From assembly GCA_965230295.1 (NCBI GenBank), contig OZ246001.1:3232001-3296000 (forward strand): a DNA stretch of 64,000 nucleotides, in the 5' to 3' direction. The position numbers and the translations under genes are program-made. Below the pieces are notes generated by a model. The model saw only the letters and a list, made by a program, of their open reading frames with translations, searched no databases and was not told the origin of the DNA. Of the stretch, positions 39,601-49,049 are shown piece after piece (position 1 is the first letter of the stretch; each line of letters begins with the position of its first letter). This stretch comes from Marinicella sp. GTDB taxonomy: Bacteria; Pseudomonadota; Gammaproteobacteria; Xanthomonadales; Marinicellaceae.

Positions 39601-41337
39601 AATCCAATCTTTATCAAACAGTGTTTCACCATTGTTGTTTCGCACGGCAGCTATGGTGTTATTTTCTGTGTTAAAAAAGAACAGGCCCGTGGCTGTGCTG
39701 AGCCAAAGGTTGCCATCAATGTTTTCTATGATGTTGGTGAATTCAACGTTGTCATATTGAGCCAGTGTTGTTTGGATTGTCTCAGTATAGTTCTTGATGA
39801 CTTTGTGGTCTTTATCAACCAAATACAAGGCAGAGTTATTGGTGCCTACCCATAGAGACCCGTCAGGCCTTTCATTCAATATCCAAACAGGGTTTTCAAG
39901 CAGGTTTTTGGTGCCTTCGGATAAGGGTGGTTTTTTTGTGTTTTCATGTAAATACAACAGTTGTTTGGTCTGTGTGTCGAATTGAGCCAAACCATTTTCG
40001 GTTCCAACCCATAATAATTCATTACTGATTTTGATGAGGTCCCAAATAGAAGCAAAATTGTTGGGTTCGGAATTTTCATCGCCTAATCCGCTGTAGTAAT
40101 GCTCTATGCTGTTGGTCGCTTTGTCCCAACGATTGAGTCCCTCAGTGGTCCCAAACCAAAAGGCATCATCTGTTTCTTCAATGGCCCAAACCATCTCGCT
40201 GCTCAGAGAATTGATTTGTCCAGGAATGGGTTGGATGCTTTCTACCGGATTGACGGGTTGGTGCAACACGACACCGTTGTAAGTGGCGATCCAAATCAAC
40301 CCCACATCATCAACGAAAACGGCGGTGGTCAAATTACTAGGAATACTTCTGTTGTCACCACGTCTGTGTTGGTGGCGTGTGATGGCTCCATTGGTGTCTA
40401 TCTGGTTGATGCCTTTTCCCCAGCTGGTCAGCCAAACATTGTCATCCTTGTCCAGGGCAATGGTCCACAATTCATCACTTGAAATGCTGTCAGGATTGTC
40501 TGCTTGGTGACGATAAACAGTTATCTTGTGACTTGAGGCTTCCATTTTAATAACTCCATTGAAACTGGTCACTACCCACAGCGCTCCGGTACTGTCGATG
40601 GCTAAATCAGAAACCTCCAAATTATGAAGTTCAGTTTCAGAAAATTCATGCTTGGTGAATGATCCCGACTCAATGTTAAACAGGTATAAGCCTTTCAAGC
40701 CACCAATCCAAAGGTGATTGGCATCCTTTTGGTTGATTACGCTGACATAATTGTCATCCACATTTTTAATGTCTCCGCTGATGTAGAAGTTTTTAAAATC
40801 ATTGCTGTCTGCTTGGTACAGGCTCAACCCCCGGTCTGTTGCGATCCATAATCGGTTTTGACTGTCTTCAAATAAGTGAATGATGTTGTTGCCAGAAATT
40901 GAATTAACGTTACTGGGGGAAAAAAGATATTGTTCAAAACTGATTTCATCGGGCAGCATTCGAGCCAAGCCTGTGGCTGTGCCAGCCCACAATTGTTGTT
41001 TGTGGTCTTCCAGCATCCAATTGACCCAAGAATTGGGCAAGCTGTTCAGATTATTGAGGATTGACTGATGATTGATGAAATCTCTGCCATCATATCGACT
41101 GATGCCCTCTGCGGTGGCCATCCAGATAAAGCCATCTTTCCTTTGTATGATGTGATTGACATAACTGGATGGTAGTTTTTCTATCCCAGGTAAAGGCTTG
41201 AAGTAGGCGGCTTCCGATCCGTAAGCCATTGATGTGTAAAGGGTAACAAAAACCAATGTCCAATTAAAAAGAGAAGCTTGAAATAAATTCCAAACAACAA
41301 CAAGACCACTCTTATTGATTACACACGCCTTCACCAC
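36613..41337 (-). CDS. Beta-propeller/Y_Y_Y sensor-PAS-PAS-GGDEF-EAL c-di-GMP enzyme
   Basis: LW(I/A)(A/G)T repeats; LTNLEAGDYQLQIK; two PAS domains; GGDEF; EALIRW; DDFGTGFSSL. Confidence 0.93.
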   Translation of the reverse strand: MVKACVINKSGLVVVWNLFQASLFNWTLVFVTLYTSMAYGSEAAYFKPLPGIEKLPSSYVNHIIQRKDGFIWMATAEGISRYDGRDFINHQSILNNLNSLPNSWVNWMLEDHKQQLWAGTATGLARMLPDEISFEQYLFSPSNVNSISGNNIIHLFEDSQNRLWIATDRGLSLYQADSNDFKNFYISGDIKNVDDNYVSVINQKDANHLWIGGLKGLYLFNIESGSFTKHEFSETELHNLEVSDLAIDSTGALWVVTSFNGVIKMEASSHKITVYRHQADNPDSISSDELWTIALDKDDNVWLTSWGKGINQIDTNGAITRHQHRRGDNRSIPSNLTTAVFVDDVGLIWIATYNGVVLHQPVNPVESIQPIPGQINSLSSEMVWAIEETDDAFWFGTTEGLNRWDKATNSIEHYYSGLGDENSEPNNFASIWDLIKISNELLWVGTENGLAQFDTQTKQLLYLHENTKKPPLSEGTKNLLENPVWILNERPDGSLWVGTNNSALYLVDKDHKVIKNYTETIQTTLAQYDNVEFTNIIENIDGNLWLSTATGLFFFNTENNTIAAVRNNNGETLFDKDWIYAIQKHWNNQYWVATLHNGLSLLEFNSDGTVNRLLHLDHSHPNIKDQSIYNIFPLNENEVWFTGRRNLYHLDFNNKKVTNYGSSYFESNISFHENSQYISTDGKLFMGSNRGVIKFDYTRLQAPKKDVKIYITEINSNDLSVATHLNDSNLSTVTIDNNKTINTKTPIHKLETFTFPHHNLIINFKFAALDYLNAENLNYAYRLPQLDDHWIELQNNNELTLTNLEAGDYQLQIKTTKAGFGWSDYTAAINFNILPKPWFTWWAKLLYFLFAAVIALMIFRLYRSRLITQYALQHREVQLSQAIWGSGDELWEWDIEKQEITRTNSAELTDDRKRTFTGTFAGNNLKIHPDDIEQLQHKISDILTGKSDEFDAVYRQKNNQGNWVWIQDRARVTSRSFNNKPLIVNGISRNINTIKEKEERSLLIASAFQSSSDGAIVLDADFKIISINAAFTAITGFDDRIINKFMPWRAGPISTNEMQSSELFQMISKVVINGGSYHDEVFITTVHNKLIPIDLRVNCIYNNKKEPSHYIATITDITYRKHTEEELKQLANYDSLTGLPNRSLMMIKLKQSLEMAEHKGNKMAVMFVDLDHFKNINDSLGHTIGDELLIAAANRLSHCIRKSDMVARIGGDEFTIGILDYDNISDVIRVAENVLKKMAKPFQLTNHELIITPSIGIATYNEDDDGIDIETLLMQADTAMYHAKKTGRNNFQFFTESMNQAVLNRVDIEMKLRKALKNQELVLHYQPKFNLATDQITGFEALIRWRGIDRDLIPPDDFIPIAEETGLIASIGEFVIESACKQLHEWQQNGHQNIHVAINLSAVQFMDKKLVVLVSRVLEKYQISPQSLELEITESTLIENLQYTIKTLHELRKLGVKLSLDDFGTGFSSLNYLKQFPIHALKIDRSFIKDIVLDSRDASMVDSIITLAHNLDIEVVAEGVETMEQLHLLESYNIEEVQGFLLSKPFDVDAASAFLNSGQTVSGILAERKTTDCQ

Positions 41338-41515
41338 ACCATTATAATGAAGTAAAAACAGTTAAAAATCAACTGTTTAAGGTGTTAATCTATTATCACA
41401 TGAAATCTGACTGATGTGCTCGTTTTCAAGTATTCTGGTGCACAGTGATGATTCAAATCAATGATTAAATGGAATTTCCTGACCCCGGGATTGGGTTTGT
41501 AAAGTGGATGAATTC

Positions 41516-42232
41516 TCAAGGTCGGGACAGCTTTGATTGGATGTTTTGGGGCCAGAGAGCAACAGCTATCCATTCATTGTCGTGAGATAAACTGATTTCA
41601 TGAGGTAATGAGGTGTTGTTCGACATCAAAATAGGGGGGCCTGGTTTGGTGTAATCTTTGATGTTGAGAGGAGGGCGGTGGATTTTCGCCGAAATTCCAT
41701 TGTCTAAAAGCAGCCTTTGGGCCAATTTTCGAACTTCAGAAGATTGCTGTTTATAACTGGAGGAGTCGTCTATTTTTCTTAAAACAACCTGAACACTGTC
41801 CCAGTCATCTGTTTTCGAACTGATGATCGCCGTGACGTGCACGGCGGCTGGTTGGTGGGATGGTATTTTCTGAGTTATGTGTTCAGAATGATCGGCTGTT
41901 AACCAAGAGATTTTCAGTTGTAATGTAGCCTTGTGATGCTGTAGTGTGCCATGGAAATCTTTGTGGTTTTCATGATTGACCAGCTGGGATAGGCAATTGT
42001 TATCCAAGGTAAATTGTGATGGCGAGAAAAGTAACTGCTTATTCAATTTTTGACAGGCTTTGTAACTGGCTTCTTTGCAGGCCCAGAGACTCCATAAAAA
42101 AGTATTTTCATTCAGCGAGTGATTGAGATATGTTTTTTCCTCAAAGCTTAAAACCCGGTTAATAAACCTTTGGTTCAGGTGTTTTTCCGTGTCAGTGGTT
42201 AGGTCTACCACATCGTTGCCAAGCATGATCAA
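41516..42232 (-). CDS. 4'-phosphopantetheinyl transferase
   Basis: GNDVVD, WACKEASYKA, ISLSHD. Confidence 0.88.
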   Translation of the reverse strand: MIMLGNDVVDLTTDTEKHLNQRFINRVLSFEEKTYLNHSLNENTFLWSLWACKEASYKACQKLNKQLLFSPSQFTLDNNCLSQLVNHENHKDFHGTLQHHKATLQLKISWLTADHSEHITQKIPSHQPAAVHVTAIISSKTDDWDSVQVVLRKIDDSSSYKQQSSEVRKLAQRLLLDNGISAKIHRPPLNIKDYTKPGPPILMSNNTSLPHEISLSHDNEWIAVALWPQNIQSKLSRP

Positions 42233-42966
42233 TCGGCTGCAAAATGTTGTGTTTCTAAATCAACCAATTCATTGATCATATGAGTAGCCACATCTCTCAT
42301 GGCCCTGCGACCATTTTGATCACTGTTGGCAGCAATCAATTTCATATCTATCGTAAATGTTTCACCATTTTTGGGCATTTTACTGGCTGTGGTTTGTGAA
42401 CCACCACGTAAATAGACACACAACAACTGATTCAAGCCACTGTCGATGTGTAGTTTACCTACACCATAAATGAAATTTTCTGTATTGATCCTACCCGTGT
42501 TGCTGCGTGTGCCTTCCGGGAACACCATGACATATTGTCCCTGGTTCAATAAATAACCGGCTTTATCCATGGTTCGTTTTGAAGCTTTGGCATCTTGTTC
42601 AATCAGAATACATTTTCCAAGAAAACAAATCACCCTGTACAGTTTGCTTGCTTTTACATGAGAAGCTTTTGGTAGGTTCCAGCACAAGGTTCTGTATTGG
42701 ATTAAATATGACCAAGGACTGGCAAACGCCCAGATTAAAATCAATGAGTCCAAGAAAGTTAAATGATTGGGGCAAATCAACAATCCTTTGGGAGTGCTTT
42801 GCTTGATCTGTTTAAATTGTTTTCGTATGAGATTCAGGTTTTCAATGCGGTAATTCTTGATGAACCGGAGCCACAGAATGATCAATGGATACAGCACAGG
42901 AAAACACAGCAAAGAAACTCCTTTTTGCACAGTCAACATAATGCGTTCTTTTTTACTGATCATCAT
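42229..42966 (-). CDS. PlsC-type lysophospholipid acyltransferase
   Basis: NHLTFLD (HX4D) and FPEGTRS motifs. Confidence 0.9.
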   Translation of the reverse strand: MMISKKERIMLTVQKGVSLLCFPVLYPLIILWLRFIKNYRIENLNLIRKQFKQIKQSTPKGLLICPNHLTFLDSLILIWAFASPWSYLIQYRTLCWNLPKASHVKASKLYRVICFLGKCILIEQDAKASKRTMDKAGYLLNQGQYVMVFPEGTRSNTGRINTENFIYGVGKLHIDSGLNQLLCVYLRGGSQTTASKMPKNGETFTIDMKLIAANSDQNGRRAMRDVATHMINELVDLETQHFAAD

Positions 42967-43037
42967 GTGATCAAACCTCAGTGCCTTTTGCAGCCATTCC
43001 ACAGAAGGCACTGTTACTTATCATGAAATTGAGGTTG

Positions 43038-43277
43038 TTAAGCTTTGGCATTGATGACCTTAACAGCATCGCCCATGGTGCGAATGGCATCGGCTTCATC
43101 ATCACTGACCTCAATGTCAAACTCATCTTCAAAATCAATCACAATGTCAACCAAACGGGCCGAATTGACTGATAAGTCCTCCAAGAAACTGGTGGCATCT
43201 GTGGCAGCTGCCAAAGCATCTTGGTTTTTACAGTAAGGGGATACGATTTCTTTTACTTTTTCAAATACGTCACTCAT
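43038..43277 (-). CDS. Acyl carrier protein (NSARLVD variant of the DSL motif)
   Basis: 79 aa, acidic; EDLSVNSARLVDIVIDFEDEFDIEV; GAGG RBS. Confidence 0.92.
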   Translation of the reverse strand: MSDVFEKVKEIVSPYCKNQDALAAATDATSFLEDLSVNSARLVDIVIDFEDEFDIEVSDDEADAIRTMGDAVKVINAKA

Positions 43278-43297
43278 TTTATTTTTCCTCGATTAAA

Positions 43298-44581
43298 TTA
43301 ATTGAATTTCTTGAACACAACACATGCGTTCACATCACCAAAACCAAAACTGGCTTTGGCCAAAATCTGAGCATCACTCGCTTGGGTTTTTTGTACGATA
43401 CTGTTTTCAAATGGCATCAGATCAGGGTGGATGTCTTCACAGTTTAATGAACCATGTACGAATCCTTTGTCCAGCTGCAAGACGGAAGCCACACATTCCA
43501 AGCCGCCAGCAGCGCCCAATGCATGACCCACCATGGATTTGGTGGAATTGATCAGTGGCAGATCCTGAGGTGTTATGTTAAGGCCATGTTGCCAGTTCAA
43601 AACTTCATAGGGATCAGCCATGGTGGCCGTTAAGTGCCCATTGATTAAATCGACATCAGAACCACTGATACCAGCACGACTTAAAGCTGTTTGGATACAA
43701 CGCTGAACGCCGGTGGGGTTGGGGAAAGTGGTGCTGCCACCATTTCGTTGTCCGCCACAGTTAACATCCACACCCAAAACCTCGGCATAGATGTAGGCCC
43801 CTCGTGCTTCAGCGCTGCTCAACGATTCAAGCATCATCATACCAGCGCCAGACCCAGGCACAAATCCAGCCGCAGAGGCACTCATGGGCCTTGAGGCTTG
43901 GGCCGGGTTGTCGTTGTATGATCTTGATAACACCCGCATGGCATCGAAACCAGCCCAACTGTACAGCGAAGCACCTTCGGTGCCACCCACCATGACTCGT
44001 TGACTGCGACCTTCCTGAATGGTGTGGTAGCCATTGGCAATGGCTTCTGTACCGGTTGTACAAGCACTTGAATTGGTGGTGACTTGGCCACCAATGCCCA
44101 AAATGCCACCTATATTGGCGCTGCTGGAACTGGCCATGACTTGTTCAACCATGGTTGATCCCAATCTTCTGACTCTGCCGGCATTGGTTAAAGGGACCAG
44201 TTTCTCACCAATGGTGTCTAAACCACTGATGCCGGTACCAATGATGGCGCCAGTATTCCAGTCAACTTCATCACCACGTTCTGGGTCTATTTCAGGCAAT
44301 TTGGCATCTCGCCAACAATCCATGGCAGCAACGGCACCAAATACCATCGCATCATTCATGGCCATGAGGGTTTCTTCAGGCAAGTAGTCGTGTTTAACCT
44401 CATCCATGCCTTCTGGAATGCCGCCCACTTGACAGGCAAATTTATGTGCTGCTAAGTGCTCATGGTGCTTAATGCCTGATACGCCATTCCTCAAAGCCTG
44501 TTCATAGGCAGCCAGACCATGGCCATTGGGCGCAACCACGCCCATGCCGGTGATGACCACCCGTTCTTTTTGTTGACTCAT
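43298..44581 (-). CDS. Beta-ketoacyl-ACP synthase (FabF/FabB type)
   Basis: RVVITGMGVV; SSACTTG (Cys), NGHLTAT (His), KSMVGHALGAAG (His), FGFGD; ATGA overlap with the upstream gene. Confidence 0.93.
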   Translation of the reverse strand: MSQQKERVVITGMGVVAPNGHGLAAYEQALRNGVSGIKHHEHLAAHKFACQVGGIPEGMDEVKHDYLPEETLMAMNDAMVFGAVAAMDCWRDAKLPEIDPERGDEVDWNTGAIIGTGISGLDTIGEKLVPLTNAGRVRRLGSTMVEQVMASSSSANIGGILGIGGQVTTNSSACTTGTEAIANGYHTIQEGRSQRVMVGGTEGASLYSWAGFDAMRVLSRSYNDNPAQASRPMSASAAGFVPGSGAGMMMLESLSSAEARGAYIYAEVLGVDVNCGGQRNGGSTTFPNPTGVQRCIQTALSRAGISGSDVDLINGHLTATMADPYEVLNWQHGLNITPQDLPLINSTKSMVGHALGAAGGLECVASVLQLDKGFVHGSLNCEDIHPDLMPFENSIVQKTQASDAQILAKASFGFGDVNACVVFKKFN

Positions 44582-45042
44582 TGTTTTGCTACTCCCATGC
44601 CAGAAATCACACAACTGGACACCAGCTCTCCCTGGGCGTTGTGCATTTGGACACTGGCTTTTAATTTCATTCTCCGCCAAAAGACCTTTTTAGCGGTTAC
44701 GGTGACAGTCTCACCTGGATAAACAGGTTTGCTGAACTCAACTTCGGCGTCGCTGAATAAAGTGAGCCATTGATCTAATTCTTTGCGCTCGACCTGTAAG
44801 GACAAAAGGTACAAACCATAAGCAACCACACCGGTTTGGGCCATGGTTTCCAATAAAATCACGCCTGGTGTGACAGGTTTGCCAGGGAAGTGACCGGCAT
44901 AAAAACTTTCATCTTCTTTGAAGGTATAAGCCCCAACAATTTCATCTTCGTTCAAAGTGATGATCTCATCAATGAAACGAAAGGGGGCTTGTTGTGGCAC
45001 CAAAGCCAGTATGTCTGAATGGCTCAATGGTTCATGCATCAT
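44578..45042 (-). CDS. FabZ-like 3-hydroxyacyl-ACP dehydratase
   Basis: PQQAPFRFID, GHFPGKPVTPGVILLETMAQ. Confidence 0.9.
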   Translation of the reverse strand: MMHEPLSHSDILALVPQQAPFRFIDEIITLNEDEIVGAYTFKEDESFYAGHFPGKPVTPGVILLETMAQTGVVAYGLYLLSLQVERKELDQWLTLFSDAEVEFSKPVYPGETVTVTAKKVFWRRMKLKASVQMHNAQGELVSSCVISGMGVAKQ

Positions 45043-45632
45043 CCTAAAGTTCCTCCCAATGAATTTTTACTTGCTTGTGGATAGTCCATGTATTGAATGT
45101 CTTTGAAAATGCCTGCTTTGGCATCATTGATGCTATATATCTCTTCATCGTCTACAAACACTTTGGCAGAACCAATGGCAAATGAGGCATCTTGTGCCGC
45201 CATGTGTGAGAAGCGTTTGATGTCCACTTCATATCGAACCACTTTGTTATGGGGTCTGATTTGGCCAAAAAATTCAATGCCTCCGGCCCCCAGAGCCCGC
45301 CCGGCGCCTTTGCCACCACGGATGATGGCGTAAAATCCGATCAATTGCCAAACGGCATCAACCCCTAAGCATCCAGGCTGTACCGGATCTTTGCGAAAGT
45401 GACACTGAAAAAACCAATCGTCCAATGAAATGTCCTGTTCAGCCACAATTCGGCCTCGTTTGCCTTGGTGGGAAATTTCTGTGATTCGGTCAAACATCAA
45501 CATCGGTGGTGACGGCAGCAGCCCGCAGCCTTCAATCGGCGGGTCTTCAACCAGATCGCCCCAAGAATAGGCCAACAGCTCCTGTTTATTGAAAGTGGTT
45601 CTGGCCAAAAAGTCGGCGTATTTAAGTTTCAT
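45039..45632 (-). CDS. fabA: FabA-type dehydratase/isomerase
   Basis: LPSPPMLMFDRI, WFFQCHFRKDPVQPGCLGVDAVWQLIGF, GRALG, FFGQIRP. Confidence 0.88.
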   Translation of the reverse strand: MKLKYADFLARTTFNKQELLAYSWGDLVEDPPIEGCGLLPSPPMLMFDRITEISHQGKRGRIVAEQDISLDDWFFQCHFRKDPVQPGCLGVDAVWQLIGFYAIIRGGKGAGRALGAGGIEFFGQIRPHNKVVRYEVDIKRFSHMAAQDASFAIGSAKVFVDDEEIYSINDAKAGIFKDIQYMDYPQASKNSLGGTLG

Positions 45633-46644
45633 TGCTGGTTCCATTTGTTGATGAATTGGGACGGGTTTCATCCACCGAAATGTGCATGCCGCCCCAGGTT
45701 AATCCTGCACCAACCACGACCAAGGTGATGTGATCTCCTATTTTAAATTGATCCCAGTTTTGTGACAGCACGCTGGGTGCCCCTGCGGCACCACAATTGC
45801 CGTGTTGGTCAACATTGAAAAGGTGATTTTCATCAGGGATTCTTAATTTTTTACAAACCGATTTCAACATGGTTAAGTTGGCTTGGTGGCTGATAAAATA
45901 ATGTTGGTTTAATGACTTACCAGAAAGTTGCTCCAGTGATTTGAATGTTTCAATGGTCTTCTTGATGGCAAATTTTTGTACCGATAACCCTTCTTGGAAA
46001 AAGTGGTGTCCGGTTTTGGTTTGTACTTTTTCCCAAGCGTCGGGGTTTGATGTCATGGTGGTGTGGCCGATCTTCATGGCCGCCACGTGTTTTTTGGACA
46101 CCACCACGGCCGCCGCGCCATCACCAATCAGTACGGCTGTCCGGCGATCACTGTAATCGGTGGTTGTGGTCCAACTCTCTGGGATGACACAAACCACGTA
46201 GTCTGGCATGGCTGATTCATGCATGTTATTCAAAAAATGCATGTGGGCAGCAAAGCTAGAACAAGCCGAGGAGATGTCTACCGAGAAAGCATCTATCCCG
46301 CAAGCTTTGGCAACCACACAGGCATTGGCAGGTAATGAATAGGTTGGGGAACAAGAGGCTGCAATGACCATGCCCACTTCTTCTTTATTTATGCCAGCAC
46401 GAGACAGCGCCATTTCAATGGCTCGGGCGCCCATTTGGGCACTGTCAATTTGAAATTTAATGTCACCCACTTGTTTATTTTGGGTTGTTTTGATGTCGTT
46501 CAGGTCAAGCACCGTGTGGCGTTTTTTGATGCCAACACGCTCCATGATCCATTGATCGGTGGTGTCAATGTTCAAGCTTTCAAGGAAAGCATTGTCAATG
46601 ACATTGGGTGGGTGATAATGGCCTGCGCCATGAATATATAACAT
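45622..46644 (-). CDS. 3-oxoacyl-ACP synthase III (FabH-like)
   Basis: SSACSSF (Cys), HQAN (His), GNCGAA (Asn), GDGAAA, GAGLTWG. Confidence 0.92.
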   Translation of the reverse strand: MLYIHGAGHYHPPNVIDNAFLESLNIDTTDQWIMERVGIKKRHTVLDLNDIKTTQNKQVGDIKFQIDSAQMGARAIEMALSRAGINKEEVGMVIAASCSPTYSLPANACVVAKACGIDAFSVDISSACSSFAAHMHFLNNMHESAMPDYVVCVIPESWTTTTDYSDRRTAVLIGDGAAAVVVSKKHVAAMKIGHTTMTSNPDAWEKVQTKTGHHFFQEGLSVQKFAIKKTIETFKSLEQLSGKSLNQHYFISHQANLTMLKSVCKKLRIPDENHLFNVDQHGNCGAAGAPSVLSQNWDQFKIGDHITLVVVGAGLTWGGMHISVDETRPNSSTNGTSNET

Positions 46645-46657
46645 CTATTTCTCTGGC

Positions 46658-47590
46658 TTAAAATGAGGCAATTTGTTCGCCACCATCGGCACGAATCAAA
46701 GCACCATTGATCCACTGAGCCTCATCCCTACACAACAGTGAAACCACATCTGCCACATCTTCAGGCGTGGTTAAGCGTTTGAATGGGTTTTTGAGTTTGG
46801 CCACTGATTTCATCCGACCGCTGCCTGGAATGGCTTGCAAGGCTTTGGTGTCGGTGACGCCAGCTTGAATGATGTTTGAACGAATGCCTTGTGGCGCAAA
46901 TTCGACCGCAATTGAGCGTGACACAGACTCCAAAGCCACTTTGGCTGCCGATACCGCCGCATAACCACGCCAGGCCACTGTGTTGCCTTCGCTTGTTAAG
47001 CCCAAGACACGTGCATCATCAGCAAACATATGCGCTGTTGAAAGTTTTTGTGTCCAAGTCAGCAAACTGGTACCCATGCTGTAAATGGTGCGAGACATGT
47101 CTTCGTCTTCAATGAGGTTGTCGCTATACTGAGGTGATTCCAAAGGAAACACTTCGTCTGCATTTTCAGTCAATAATTCTGCTACAGCCGCATTGAGTTT
47201 ACTTTCATCAATGCCTAACTTTTTAGCCAATTCGATCACGCCCTTGTTGTTTTCCTTGTGAACCGGTGCAATGGGCTTGAGGTTGCCAAATGCAATGGAG
47301 TGGAGTAGAACGCGAACCTGTCCGGTTTCACCCATTACACTTCTTAAGCCATCAAAAACTTTGTCCATGCCTTTTTCACTCAAAGCATCCACATTGAAAC
47401 TGAGGAATTGGGTGCCGTATGACTTAACAATTTCGAATTCTTGATTGATTGCTTCCATAGCACCACGGCGGTCTCGATGAACGATGCAAACATTCATGCC
47501 TTGTTCACTGAGTTTCTTCGCGCTGGCCAGACCAAAACCGCTGGAGCCGCCAAGTATCAAAGCCCAATGTTTGTTGTTAAATATATTCAC
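46658..47590 (-). CDS. Enoyl-ACP reductase-like SDR (FabL/FabI type)
   Basis: GGSSGFG; catalytic Y-x6-K (YAAVSAAK); AGVTDTKAL; GTG start with GAGG RBS. Confidence 0.8.
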   Translation of the reverse strand: MNIFNNKHWALILGGSSGFGLASAKKLSEQGMNVCIVHRDRRGAMEAINQEFEIVKSYGTQFLSFNVDALSEKGMDKVFDGLRSVMGETGQVRVLLHSIAFGNLKPIAPVHKENNKGVIELAKKLGIDESKLNAAVAELLTENADEVFPLESPQYSDNLIEDEDMSRTIYSMGTSLLTWTQKLSTAHMFADDARVLGLTSEGNTVAWRGYAAVSAAKVALESVSRSIAVEFAPQGIRSNIIQAGVTDTKALQAIPGSGRMKSVAKLKNPFKRLTTPEDVADVVSLLCRDEAQWINGALIRADGGEQIASF

Positions 47591-47624
47591 TCGAAATTCC
47601 TCGGTATCGTTCAATAAGAAAGAA

Positions 47625-48557
47625 TCATGCAAAGGCCTTAAGGGCACTTTTAACATTGATGACTGATGTGATGTTCACTCCAATGGATTTAAAAAATCCT
47701 CGCAGCGGTCGATTTGGGCCCAGTTCTAAAATGCGTAAAGACTTGAATAGATCCATGTTGTTGCGCCACTTAACACTGCCACTGATTTGTTTGGCCAGAC
47801 CGTTGACCAACTGATCTTTATCTGCGGCATAAAAGTCACCCAGATAATTCGAAGCAACCTGCGGTAATCGGTCAACATTCATGTCAGCTTTGAAATCTTG
47901 CAAGAAGTCAAAATAAGTATTCTCAACGGAATCCATCCACCTGGAATGAAATGCTGAACTGACGGTCAGTGGCACGGCTCTGAATACCGTGTTATTGAAA
48001 TGTTGGGTTAATGCTTCAATGGCATTTTCCATGTCATTTTTTAAACCGCTGATCACCACTTGTTGTTGAGAATTGTCATTGGCCACATCGACTTGATGTT
48101 GATTGACAATGTCTGTAACCTCGTCAAAAGGAATCTTTTCCATGATGATCGCTGTCATGGTGCCCTCGGCAGTAGCTTGATTCATCAGTTCACCGCGTTT
48201 GGTTACCATTTTTAAGGCACTTTCAAAACTGAGTACGCCTGCAGCAGTTAAAGCCGAGTACTCTCCCAATGAATGGCCGGCAAAATACTCAGGGCATAAA
48301 TCAAACTCACTTTTTAGGGCTTCAAACATGGCCACTTCTGCCACCAAAATGGCAGGTTGGGTGTAATTGGTTTGATTCAACAGGTCTGTATTTTCATGAC
48401 AAACATGATAAATATCGAATGGTAGCCATTCATTTGCTCTGGAAAAGACATCAGCAGCGGCTGAGTACGTTTCAATGAAATCCTTAGCCATTCCCAGTTT
48501 TTGAGCACCTTGACCTGGAAATACCAAGCCATCGAATTTAGTTTTGGGTGTGTTCAT
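47625..48557 (-). CDS. fabD: Malonyl-CoA:ACP transacylase
   Basis: FPGQGAQ, TQPAI, GHSLGEY, VSSAFHS. Confidence 0.92.
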   Translation of the reverse strand: MNTPKTKFDGLVFPGQGAQKLGMAKDFIETYSAAADVFSRANEWLPFDIYHVCHENTDLLNQTNYTQPAILVAEVAMFEALKSEFDLCPEYFAGHSLGEYSALTAAGVLSFESALKMVTKRGELMNQATAEGTMTAIIMEKIPFDEVTDIVNQHQVDVANDNSQQQVVISGLKNDMENAIEALTQHFNNTVFRAVPLTVSSAFHSRWMDSVENTYFDFLQDFKADMNVDRLPQVASNYLGDFYAADKDQLVNGLAKQISGSVKWRNNMDLFKSLRILELGPNRPLRGFFKSIGVNITSVINVKSALKAFA

Positions 48558-49049
48558 GAAAATTATGGTACTTGTTCATCTGTTGTTCTGAGTGAGCCTC
48601 ATGTGCAGTTGACACTTGGTCTCTCGATTTCGCACATTGTTGATGTTCATAAATACCCGTGTCATCAAAGTTTCTGGTCATGAATGGGTTTTTCTATACA
48701 TAACTGAAATTAGTGATTCAGTTACAGCAAACAAGTGTACGCCGAAAACTCATTGTATGTATGATGAAGTTCTTTTCAAGTGCTTGACTGAAATAATGGA
48801 AACTTTGAAACAAACGTTTGAAAATAACGGCTGCTATGGGTGTGTAACCGTTTTTTGATATTCCGATTAAAACCTGTACATAAAAGCCTTAAACATTGAA
48901 AAAGCTGTTCTCTTTTTTAAGTGAACAAATGTAAGCTTTTATCGAGCGACTTTGACTACGACTTGGTTTGCGTGTTATTCAAGAAAACAAGTCAACATTG
49001 AGTTGGCCTGGGAAGCGGGGCAGCCAGGTACTTTTACAGCTGAATATGG

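Noticed and set aside
41516-48557. Aryl polyene, ladderane or PUFA cluster assignment
   Set aside because: Lacks a chain-length-factor KS, adenylation/glycosyltransferase genes, radical SAM enzymes and multidomain pfa genes.
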